From Podarcis cretensis (taxonomy: Eukaryota), in the NCBI GenBank assembly GCA_951804945.1, contig OX638156.1, forward strand, positions 59,520,001 through 59,584,000: DNA of 64,000 bases, given 5' to 3'. Numbering within the stretch: the stretch's first letter is position 1; every line of letters starts with the position of its first letter. Position numbers and translations under genes: made by a program. The notes under the pieces are model-generated. The model searched no databases. It was not told the DNA's origin and saw only the letters and a list, made by a program, of their open reading frames with translations. Positions 1 to 11,499 of the stretch are shown here, piece by piece.

Positions 1-311
1 CTTGCTGATCAGAAGGTCGGCGGTTCGAATCCCCGCGACAGGGTAAGCTCCCATTGTTCGGTCCCTGCTCCTGCCAACCTAGCAGTTCGAAAGCACGTCA
101 AAGTGCAAGTAGATAAATAGGTACCGCTGCGGCGGGAAGGTAAACAGTGTTTCTGTGCGCTGCTCTGGTTCGCCAGAAGCAGCTTAGTCATGCTGGCCAC
201 ATGACCCGGAAGCTGTCTGCGGACAAACGCTGGCTCCCTCAGCCAGTAAAGTGAGATAAGCGCTGCAACCCCAGAGTCGTTCGCGACTGGGGGGTCCCTT
301 TACCTTTACCT
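1..311 (+). mobile_element. Sauria SINE (subfamily A), 5' end cut by the window edge
   Basis: B-box ggttcgaatccc, typical body and (ACCTTT)n tail; small internal deletion before the tail relative to the 54956 copy. Confidence 0.9.
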
Positions 312-1624
312 GACTCAGTATGAGGCAGCAACTTACACGTTCCTATAAATTAAATCTCAAAAGATCAGCCAGATATTGCATACCAAAAATAGATCTCAGC
401 GGTCCTTCTTAAGTGAGCGAAGAAGCAAAACCACCTTTTGTCACCATCTGTCACAAGGCATGGAAGAAAATTATTCCACCCCCGCCATCCAGAGATCTCC
501 ATGCATGATACAATGCATGTTGTCAACACAGTTCAACTACCATTGTTAAGATGCAAACTAGCATGTACCAGAGATAACATGTTCTCTCAGGGCCTGCGTA
601 AGATATCTTTTGTAGGCCTTGGGTCCTGACATCTCTGTGTCAGCCATGACGGCCTAATCCAGACCCAGGCAGTGAAGGAAAGACTCCATGGGGTGGGGTC
701 GTTCTGACACGATGAAAAAGGATCAAAGGGGGTGTTCTGTGATTTGGCATATCTAAATCTGATTTGCTATGCATATGGCCACGGCCGGCCCAAGACATTT
801 GCCACTCGAGGCAAAACAAAATGGTGCACTTTTGCCCCTCAACTCCTCCTCCTCTGCTGCCACCTGAGGTGACTGGAAGCCCCGGGATGCTGAAGGTGGT
901 GGAAGAGAAAAAAGGTGGCCAGAGAGGAGCAAGCAGTGGCAGACATGCTCCTCAGGGCCCTCGATCTGGTACCCCTCCTAGCTGTGCCCAGCCTGCCGCT
1001 TTAGGCAACTGCCTCACTGAAGCTAATGTGCGGTCTGGCCTTGCGTGTGATGCTTTTACAACAACACTGACCTCAAAGCAACTCACACTGATCACAAAAG
1101 CATCAAAATTAGCAAATAGCTTTTAAATCAATATAACCACATCGAAACATATAACAGCATATAAGTAAGGCAAAGCCAAACAACTCAATGGACAATCCAT
1201 GCCGTTCAAGGCAAACACGTAATAGTTTGAAAGCAATGTATGAGAAACAGCTGCTGACTACTAGCCAGACACCAGCCGACATAGAGTCTTTGGGAAAGGG
1301 GCTTAACCACCCAGCACAGTCCCAGACAGCAGGTTCTTAGTCGAAAGGGAGGCAGGGGTGGTCTCACTCAGACCTGAACTGGAACACATGCTCCACAGCA
1401 AAGCATCAAGAATTGTGTCTTAGTGTGCCCTGTCTCTTTTTCTTTCCACCTCACCTGCAATCCCAAAATGCCAGTTGCTGGAAACCATAAGAGGCCAAAG
1501 TGCTCTTGCTCTGGTATCCTGCTTGCATTTTTCCTGCAGGCATCTGGTTGGCCACTGCGAGAACAGGATGCTGGACTAGATGGGCCTTTGAACTGATCCA
1601 GCAGGCTCCTCTTATGGTCTATGC

Positions 1625-1749
1625 CAGGTGTGGGGAATCTGTGGCCCTCCAGATCTCCCTGAACTACAACTCCCATCAGCCTTAGAGAGCATGGCTGATG
1701 GGAGTTGTAGTTTGGGAACTTTTGGAGGACCACAGGTTCCCCACACCTG
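1625..1749. mobile_element. Palindromic MITE (actacaactcccatc family); further decayed copies near 13065, 22465, 41160, 49670, 50975, 59160 and 60775
   Basis: Whole element is an imperfect inverted repeat: caggtgtgggga...aactacaactcccatcagcc / ggctgatgggagttgtagtt...tccccacacctg. Confidence 0.85.
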
Positions 1750-2929
1750 TTCTGTACCTTCTCTCTGCATGTGAAGCCAATTGGGAGAAACGGGCTCTGC
1801 CTCAGTATGGACATGTTATTTATTTCCTGTTTGCTCTTGGGGAAAGCTATATGTTTGCACATAAGAGATTAGGGTTTTTATTGCTGTTTATATCGTGTGC
1901 AGATATGAAAACGTTTAAGAAGCAACACAAGAGTTTACCACTAAATAGGAGATTTGTGGCCACCCCACCTGGACTCTCAGAACATGGTGCTGGAAGAAAT
2001 CAAATTGATCAAAAGGAAGACATGACCGCCAATAGCACACAAATTAAGCCTTCTTTGCAAAATAGAAGTGTAAGGGTGATATCCAATTAAGTCATACTTG
2101 AACCAGGCCCAATAAAATCAATGAAAAGGTTGCATACTGCGAAGGAACTTAGGAACTTGCCCTGTACTGAGTCAGATCCTTGGTCCATCTAGATCAGTAT
2201 TATCAACACTGACTGGCAGCAGCTCTTCATGATGTTGGGCAGGGAATCTTTCCCAATGCTACATGGAGATCCTGGGGATTGTCCCCGGGGCCTTCTGCAT
2301 GCAGAACAGATGCCAGCCCAAGCATGGCTAATATTTCATTTCATTTTGATTTTTAAATTGTCAGGATTGGTACCTGCTTTTGTCAGTTTTCCTCTGCCTT
2401 CCTCATGTCTTTTCCCTTTTGTATCATGTCAACAGGACTGTTAAAGTGATTATTTTGGATCATACAAACACCCTGAGTGCATTACCAAGTGAGCAGTGAA
2501 GAAATGTAGTTAACAGCTAAATAAATAAAAAGCAATGTAGTTTCCGTTTTCTCTTCTTGCCGAGATAGGTCTTGGCAAATCTTTTATCTTTTCTGTAACC
2601 TTGGCAAAAGCTTTTATCTTTTGTTGCCAAACAGCAGAATCGTCTTATAAAATATGTTTGCCTAACCTACATGGATGGCAGCCAAGATAGGCTTAATCCT
2701 ATGTTTAAAAAGAAATGCTTGGTGCTAGTTAGATAAAGCTGTTTAGCTTCAACCACCTTTGGACTTTGTTTAAATTTGGTTTATAGGCACAATCTGTGGC
2801 AAATGAAGGAAAGGTTAGCATAAAGTTGACTTGCCTGGAATTTGATATTGTCTTTTGTTTTCTCTTCCTTCCATTACTCCCCAAAGCTTGAAAAACTGGC
2901 ACTAGAGCCAAAAGTTTCTTTCTACCAAT

Positions 2930-3060
2930 CAGCCAGTGTGGTGTAGTGGTTAGAGTGCTGGACTAGGACCTGAGAGACCAGGGTTCAAATCCCCACTCAG
3001 CCATGACCTTGGGCCAGTCACTCTCCTCCTAACCAGCCTCACAGGGTTACTGTGCAGATA
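2930..3060 (+). mobile_element. Older tRNA-derived SINE (same superfamily), 5' part
   Basis: gccagtgtggtgtagtggttagagtgctggactagg ... gggttcaaatcccc A/B boxes. Confidence 0.75.
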
Positions 3061-3504
3061 CAGTGCTTGGAACGAACTAGTTCAGTTTAACAAAGTTCAC
3101 CAAATTAGTTCAAACAACTCCTGTAAGTGGTTCCCAGGCATATCGGCTGGCTGAACTGAACCTGAATTAGGTTTGTTTTGGGGTAGAACTCTGAAGGTTT
3201 CTTAGTTCTTCAAGATCATTCTCTTCTTCTTAATTTTTAATGCTTTAGACTCTTTGGGGCTTTAAGCTTAAAGAACCTAATTGTTGGGGGAAATAAATTA
3301 AACGATGCACATTTCACTGCACATGCATTTTGATGTTTTCTTAGTCTTCCTAAGTATAAATTATACTTCATTATGACGCTGAACTCTGGTAAGGATGATG
3401 AGCAAACTAGCCTTCATCCCAACTTTGAAGCTGCTGGGAGCAACCATTATCCCAGCTCCTTCATGGCAACCCCTGCCATTAATCCAGCTCCAAAGCTGGG
3501 AGAC

Positions 3505-3725
3505 AGGCTGGAGATGGTTTGAAAACTGTGTAGCACTATGAAAAACAGTTGCAGCATTTGGGACTTTTTATTTAAAGAAAAGGAGAGTAAGAAGTGACAT
3601 GATAGAAGTTTATAAAATTATGCAGTGAATAGAGGAGTTTTTTCTCCCTCTCTTGTAACACTAGCACTCAAGGACGTCCAATGAAACTGAATGTTGGAAG
3701 ATTCAAGGCAAATAAAAAGGAAGTC
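3505..3725 (+). mobile_element. CR1 fragment (different subfamily)
   Basis: gacatgatagaagtttataaaattatgca encodes DMIEVYKIM, a CR1 ORF2 motif. Confidence 0.75.
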
Positions 3726-4754
3726 CGCCCAACAGCACATGAAATAAGCTTGCTAGTCCTTCAGGTGCCACAAGGCACTTTGGTTATTTTTGCTGCAAGA
3801 GATTAACATGGCTACCCCTCTAAGGAAACAAAACATGGTGTGCCCTATGGGGCCAGGATTATTCAGGGGCGTGCGCACACACGCACACACAAATATCCTA
3901 GGGTAGAACTACTAAATCGATCCCCCTTCGGTTGATCTTAACACCCAAGGGAAGGAGGCTATATTTCAGATATTTGGGGCCTATGCTTTTAGGAACTAGC
4001 TGTGATTGTTAGGAAGACATCTGTTGCCGTTCTGTGATGCTGGGTGACTCTTGTTATTTCCCATCTGTTTCCACCATTATGATGGCAGTGTGATTTGTTT
4101 CACTCCAAACAAACCACATTGTTAAGCCACGTTTCGCTATTGGCTTACCAACTGTGGTTTGTTTGGAGCGAAACAAACCATTATCCCAGGGCGTGGACAT
4201 AACATTAAGCTAGGGATCATGGGGTTTCCCCCTTATGCTAGGGGAGAAACAAAGTAGAAACTATCTCCACATTCATAGTAAACCATTAACTATGATTTAC
4301 CATGATGGGCAAACATGACCACTGTTTTGCTTTGGTTGTTTTACTGTATTTTTTTGTAATTGATATTTTTGTTTCCATTTCTCCTTGTTTAGAAATAAAC
4401 CCAAGGTGAGTAACAAAGAAGTGTGTGTGGGTGTGTGGGTGTGTATTACAAGAACAAACACATTTTCCATATTTCCTGTTGCCTTGATCCTCCATAATTA
4501 ATTGTTCTGTCTTTTTTCTAAGGAACACTTAAACATTGCAGTTATACATCTCCTTTAGAAGAAGTTGACCTTGTACACAATGCATTCTCCATAATCAAAA
4601 CTGGAAGGGAAACGGCTACAACGTTAGACACTCTTACTTGAGATTAAACATAACTGAACTCAATAAGTATGCAAAGTTTGGGACTGCATGGTTACAACCT
4701 GCAGTGCATTTAATCTGCAGCAATATTTCCACTGATTTTAGTGAGCTGCTACTA

Positions 4755-4979
4755 CAGTGGTACCTTGGGTTACAGACGCTTCAGGTTACAGACTCTGCTA
4801 ACACAGAAATAGTACCTCGGGTTAAGAACTTTGCTTCAGGATGAGAACAGAAATCACGCAGCAGTGGCATGGCTGCAGCAGAAGGCCCCATTAGCGAAGT
4901 GGTACCTCAGGTTAAGAACAGTTTCAGGTTAAGAACAGACCTCCAGAATGAATTAAGTTCTTAACCTGAGGTACCACTG
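4755..4979. mobile_element. Tc1/mariner-type MITE, family 1 (TIR CAGTGGTACCTC)
   Basis: TIRs cagtggtacct/aggtaccactg, TA on both sides, internal GGTTAAGAAC/GGTTACAGAC subrepeats. Confidence 0.9.
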
Positions 4980-7900
4980 TAAAACGTTTTACCTCCCTAA
5001 GAAAAACAAGTTTATAAGACAGTTCATGCTTTAGGTTTATTCTAATAAGGCAAAAAATCAGATATAATTTTCCAGGATGTCAAAATAAGCCAACATATAA
5101 TGAATGACTCCATGCCATAAGGCTTCCATACGCCACATTTAACAGACACCAAACCACGATTATAACCCCCACCAATTTCCTAGCAATTCTTTCAATGATT
5201 TGAGTCTGCAGTATTGGGAAAACTCAATGAATGGTTCTGAAAACATGACATTGTGGTTCAGACGTTTCTTTGGAATTCATGCAAAATGTGCTAGGTACTC
5301 CATTACTCTTTTCTTCCCTGGTGTACTCAGAAATCTATGCAAAGCAAGGTGGGGGGGGGGAATCAACTGCTGAAGTTCACCAAATCTTCTCCTGGTTATA
5401 AGGCATGTTGATGGTTTTAAGTGTCTAGACATTGTTGAAATAACTGTGGCATAGTTAGTATGTGAAAAATGCTGGAAGCAGTTATCTTTGGTGTCATGAG
5501 TGCATTATAGTAGGAATTGGGAAGTGGAAACCTCTGGGGCAAATTTAACCTGTGGGATTCTGTCCTTGTTAGTTTCCAAGTCAGAGCCATGTGAGGCAAC
5601 AAGAAAGTTGAACCTGAAGCCCACCCACCACTACTTGCTCGGCTTTTTCCTCCAGAAAATCCAATTCCTGACCATTAGTCAGGCCACTTTATTACAGTGT
5701 GCCCTGCCTTATTCTCTCCACCATATTACCCATCAATGAAAAAAGCACTGTGCAAGTAACAAATTATACTGTACTCTGACCACCACAACATAGCTGGAAA
5801 GGAAATATCTAATCAATTGGTTCCTTCAAGTTTTGGAAGACTTTGAAATGGAAAGAAAGAAAGAAAAAGCAAGCTCCAAATCAGTAGACTAACTAAAACT
5901 GCAGCTCTCTGATGAGCAAGGACCAATATTTCTGGCAAGGAGGTGGGAAGCAGCCTTAGCCTCCCCATCCGTTTGCACGCTTTCTCTCTCTTTGAGTGTG
6001 TTCAACCCTTTTGCATCTCAGGCTATAGTAAACAGTAGTATTAATGTGCCATGAGGCTCTCTGGTGTTGTAAACATGCTTACCTTTCTGGAAGCTCTTTA
6101 AGATGGGTTTTTTTAAAAAAGAAAAGGATTCGAACCCATCTGTCTGGAACTGTCAGAGCTAACAATGGAAGGGCATATTCCATGAAAGGCTCAGCATCTA
6201 TGGAAAAGGCAGCAGACAGTGACTCTGCTATGGCTGCACACACACTATCCTTTCAAAGCACATCTGAAGCACCTTCGTTCCCTCAAAGGATTATGGGTAG
6301 TGTAGTTTCTAATGGGTTGCTGGGAACAGTAACTCTGTCAGAGGCAAAGTACAGAGCCCAGAATTCTTTGAGGGAAAGAACATGCTTCGAATGTACTCGA
6401 AAGGTATAGTGAGTACACAGCCTTAGACGACATTATTTAAACTTTTCTGCTTCTTCCCACGAGGATCAACGAGGTTCTACCTGCCCCAACTCTTCCTTCT
6501 TCCTCGCCATCTTTGAATCCTCAACAGTGGGTTAATTGAACAAGGCCTTCAACAAAGCTGTCCTATTTGTTTGTGATCAGTGCATGGCAGAAGAGAAAGG
6601 GGTGTTTTGCCTTCGCCCATCCCCACCTGTATTAAGGCCATAACACTCTCTCAAAGGAGAGAGGAAAAAGTCACACATTAAATTTGTCTGGCTGCAACCC
6701 TATGGACGCTCATTTGGGAGTAAAACACACTGAATTCAGAGGGACTCACTTCTGTGTGAACATGTACAGATGAAAAATCCCCTTAAGGTCCCCATTGTGA
6801 GTCTTGCACAAAGGATAAACAGTATCTCAGGCTGCTAAAATGCCAGTTGAAGTAGAGGATAAAGGAGAACCAGCTGGAGTAATTTATTCAGGCTTTCAAT
6901 GGGCCTTTGACAAACTCCTCACAATTAGCTACTGAAGAAACCAAGTAATCAGGGAGTGAGGTAAAGCATTACTTTAAAAAAAGGGGGAGAGGTGGAAACT
7001 CAACTAGGAACACAGAAACAATGGCAAATGTTGTCATCATCAATCTGAAGATTCAAGATGTCATATCAGAGTCAAAGCTGATTAACATGTCAATTGAGAG
7101 AGAGAGAAAGGTTGCAAAATAGCCTAACCCAGAAAAGGACACATTGGATTATAGTCCCAAATAGGAATGATGGGACACAGGCACCTCCTTTCAGATGTTG
7201 CTACAGTGCTCCCACTGATGGGCTTATCTGATCTGCAAGAGTCTTTTTCGAATAAAGCAACTTATTGCATCACAAACACTGCTGTGTGAGAACTGGCCCT
7301 CATTTAGGGAAAGAGAGGAGCAATGACGCTATAGCATTTTAAACTGAATTCCTGAACATTATCAGCTTGAGGATCCACTCAACTTCAGTTGACCCTGGTC
7401 CCATACACACCCTCAAAACCATGTAATTGCAGAATTGCATCCTGGCTCTTGGGGGGCAGGAAAACACAATCACACACACAGCAACACAAAACACATTACT
7501 CACATATTCTTCTCAGAAATTCCGCACTAGTGGTAGCTCATGTTTCACCACCTCCATCAGAGGGAGAAGAGCTGGAGGCAGACAGCAGCAGGAAACTTTG
7601 GAAGGGGAGACACAATCCTTTAACTCAAAAAATGTGTCTCCTCTTCTCCCTCCTATTGCTGCACTCAGAGGTTCTTCACTGTAGAATTATAACCTGCAAA
7701 CTGGGAATTTTTGTGGAGAGGGGCTGCTGGGGGTGGTGCTGTTTAATGAATATGGATTACCATCTTGGGACCTTACGCAATTCTTCTGCAGACTGGGGAA
7801 TCAGTATCTCACGATGGAAACCCAAGTTCATATCCCCACTTAGCCTTGAAGCCTACCCAGTGACATTGAGCCAGTTACTCTGCCTTAGGCAAACCCACCT

Positions 7901-8052
7901 TAAGGGCTATTAGAATAAATTGGGGGGGGGGAGAGAATTAACCATTTATGCCATCTTAAGCTCTTGGAATAAGTTGGAACGTGAATTTAATTACTTAACA
8001 TTTACTTTTGGTCCCATGGCAACTCTCCCCAACCTCCCCTTGCTAGCCAGTT

Positions 8053-8255
8053 ACTTATTTCATTTGTATCCCACTTTTTTCTCCAAGGAGCTCAAGGCAG
8101 TATCCTCCCCCTCCTCATCTAATCCCCACAACAACCCTGTGAGGTAGGTTAGGCTAAGAGGCAGTGGCTTGCCCAAGGTCACTCAGTGAGCTTCATGGCC
8201 AAGTGGAGATTTGAACCCTGGTCTCTCATGTCCCAGGCTGCCACTCTAACCACTG
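8053..8255 (-). mobile_element. Older tRNA-derived SINE
   Basis: tttgaaccctggtct B box, cccacaacaaccctgtgaggtaggttagg core and AT-rich tail; similar to 56780-56980. Confidence 0.75.
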
Positions 8256-10324
8256 CAGTGGCTCACAGTGGCAGCAAATTTCTATTTATAATTTCCTGTC
8301 TTGAAACAGAGGCTCTTAACCACCATATTACCACTGCAAACCTAACTCAGTAAAATGAGAACTGAAGAGCCACCTTCGCATAATAGAAATAGGCTTATGA
8401 ACTAGAGCATGATGGAAGAAAACATACTCCCTATCACATTCCAACACCGATTTATATTATTCTGCTTTTTTAAAAAAAAAAGAAAGAAGAAGAAGTACCG
8501 GTAATTATGGAACTTATCCCACAAGTATGAAGCACGCAGTTTTGTAACCAGATCTGCATATTCTCCATCCTACACTGAATAGGATGCTGTCAAGGTGACA
8601 CTGTGCTGTGCAATTGCTTTTCTTTTTTTTTAAAAAAAAAAAACACTTAAAAAAAGCTGGTTTAATGATTAATCCTGCTTCAGCTTTTATAAAAGGGTTT
8701 CTAATCACCTTGCGTATTACACTACAGCTTTTCAAAAAGGGAGGTATTTAAAATTTGAAGGAGGGATACTAAAACAGGGAAGAAGCCGTTTTGCCCAATT
8801 ATCTCTACATTGCGCACACCAAACACACTCCAATAGGATATTTCACACTAGAATCTAGGGACTAGTTATGGACTAGTCTCATCTCATTGTGTCCAACCAG
8901 AGATTACAAGCATGGATGGCTAGCACAAGCTTACATTTCCTCAATAACATGTAGTACCGGCACATTCAATCTTTACACGCCTGGAGAGCATCTTTAACCC
9001 TAAACTATATTTCATGGCACAATGACAACAAGGCCATTTTGCACCACAAGCGAGTTCTTGCTGCAAGGACAGGGCATGTCTTTTTTTGCCTGCAACATTT
9101 TCCCAAGAATTTGGATCATCTTATATTGAAGTGGGCATGAAGAAGGGCCAACAACTGTGCACTTCAGAACTCTGCAGACTCCAGCAAGATGTGTTTAAGC
9201 ACGTGGGCGGGGGCCTCCCCCCACCTCCATAGATACTGATGGGTATCTACTGTGCCTAGATACTGAACACCCAATGATAAACCACTTCCATCCTTTGCCT
9301 GTGAACTGATGCAACTTAGCCACAATCAAAGGGTTGGTTTTAATTAGAGAAATTTAGTGTTGGTCTGGTCTTCTAACAGCTGTTGCCACCGGTCCTTCAG
9401 CTTGGTGGGAAGAGCCACTTTATAGTACAGGCTGAATGGTCGGATCATCTGCTTTGCATGCAGAAGGTCATGGGTTCAATCCCTGGGGTCTCCTGGTACA
9501 TCCTCATCCTTCAGCACATGTCCAGCTTGCAACTTAACCCACATTTAAAAGGAATTGGGAAGTAGCAGAAGCTGCTGCTGTGACCTGAGGGATATGGAAT
9601 GTGATCCTTTTTGTAGACTATGGTGGTGAAGGTAGGTGTGGGTGGGTGGGTGTATTTCATCTACCAGTCTCACAATGGCTGCTGTAAACACCTTGCAAAC
9701 CAACCTGGAATTGACTCAGCCAGTTATCATCTCTATCTTATTCTCTATCTCAGGTTCCTTGGGAGCAACATATCACTATCAGAACCACAATGAACTCAAG
9801 ACAGCTTTGGCCAGTTTTTGCCCCCAGTCGCAAACCACTGGGTTAACATTGGCTAACATGAGGTCAAGTCTTGCGTTTGGAAACAGGTTCTGGGAAGTAT
9901 TACATCCTCTCCATGCTGATTTCCTGGGTGAAGTTTGTTCTGTTATTTGTCATGAACCCTCACAAGCTTATCACATCATCATGAATCACTCACCACCTGT
10001 CCATCTGGTTTACTGTAAAAGCTACAAATTCTTTAAAAGGACACATTTCACACTGAAGGGTTCTTGTTAGTATCCTCGGAGAAAGCAATTGCTATAAGAG
10101 GAAGCTTAAACCTAGTTCTTCCTGCATAGATGAAATGTGAACAAAATAGATTGTGAATCACATGAAGTTTGTACAACTACAATTCCAAAATGAACACATG
10201 TGTAATCTACATATGCAAAGATGTGGTTTGCCTGCACAAACTCAAATGAGGCAGTTCATCTCAGAACACTGAGAACCTGCACCACTTTTATTGACTGTAT
10301 AGGTTGCATGGACTGATGAAACCA

Positions 10325-10645
10325 GGAGACTGAGAGGAGATATGGTAGCCATCTTCAAATATCTCAAGGGCTGTCACATGAAAGGTAGGGTAGGACTCAA
10401 ACCAATGGCTTCAAATTACAAGAAAGGAGACTCCCACTAAACATCAGGAAGAACTTTCTGACAGCAAGAGCTGTTTGACAGTGCAACAGACTCCCTCGGG
10501 AGGTTGTGGACTCTCCTTCCTTCAAGGGTTTTAAGCAGAGGTCGGATGGCCATCTGTCATGCATGTTTTAGTTGAGATTCCTGCATTTCAGGGGATTTGA
10601 CTAGAGGACCCTTGCGGCCTCTTCTAACTCTACAATTCTATGATC
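10325..10645 (+). mobile_element. CR1 LINE 3' end
   Basis: gccatcttcaaatatctcaagggctgtcac ... ctctacaattctatgat; similar to the 20560 and 23335 copies. Confidence 0.88.
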
Positions 10646-10803
10646 CAAACAGGCTCATAATGAAGATTTCTTGGAACAGAGTAAATGATGAACTCCGAAA
10701 ACCCCCATTCAGTACTTAGCTAATTGGGAACCACTGTTCTAGGTGGTTTGTTGAATGGGAACAAGCACACTTCAAGCACCTGATGAAGTGGACTGTAGTC
10801 CTC

Positions 10804-11499
10804 TGTTGAACGGTTTCTTTAAATGTAAAGGTTCATCATTGTTCCACTCGATGTGTATGTCTTTAAGGGGCCAGAGCAAGGGCCAGAGCAAAATAACGAG
10901 ACCCAGCTTTACAGCTGTGAAACATAGCAGGTGCTGCTGAGTTGTATTGATTAAGCTGTGTCAGCATTTGGGTGTAGTATATAAGGAGCAGCACCTAGCT
11001 CTCCCATTACCCTGGGGGTTGGGTTGGTGGTTGGGTCATGTTTGTTTGTTGATGTATTTAGTGTAAATGGAGTTTTTGTTTTTCTTATTAAAGCCTTCTT
11101 TAAGTACTTTTTGAGTCCCTTTTTAATGCATGGTCTCCCCAGCAAGCTCTCTGCAGCGCTACCATACTGCAAATACAGTGGTGCCTCGCAAGACGAAAAG
11201 AATCCGTTCCGCGAGTCTCTTCGTCTAGCGGTTTTTTCGTCTTGCGAAGCAAGCCCATTGACGGCTTAGCGGATTAGCGCTATTAGCGGTTTAGCGGCTT
11301 TTAGCGGCTTATCGGATAAGCGGCTTAGCGGCTTAGAAAAAGGGGGGGAAAGGGAAAAAAAAGCAGGAACTCGCAAGACATTTTCGTCTTGCCAAGCAAG
11401 CCCATAGGAAATTCATTTTGCGAGGCGGAAAACTCTTTCGTCTAGCGAGTTTTCTGTCTTGCGAGGCATTTGTCTTGCGGGGCACCACTGTAGCCAACA
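10804..11499 (+). mobile_element. Solo LTR (~380 bp without the nested MITE)
   Basis: Inverted termini TGTTG...CAACA; TATATAA 10978-10984; ATTAAA 11087-11092; 5-bp TSD tcctc/tcccc (one mismatch). Confidence 0.8.
11176..11490. mobile_element. Tc1/mariner-type MITE, family 2 (TIR CAGTGGTGCCYCGCAAGAC), nested in the solo LTR
   Basis: TIRs, TA TSD, internal TTTCGTCTTGCGA subrepeats and a TTAGCGG array. Confidence 0.9.

Noticed and set aside
2930-3000. tRNA gene
   Set aside because: The A/B boxes belong to SINE heads that continue into SINE body sequence; no complete cloverleaf
11176-11490. CRISPR-like repeat/spacer array (recurring TTTCGTCTTGCGA)
   Set aside because: Irregularly spaced subterminal repeats of a eukaryotic MITE, in both orientations; no cas genes and a vertebrate context
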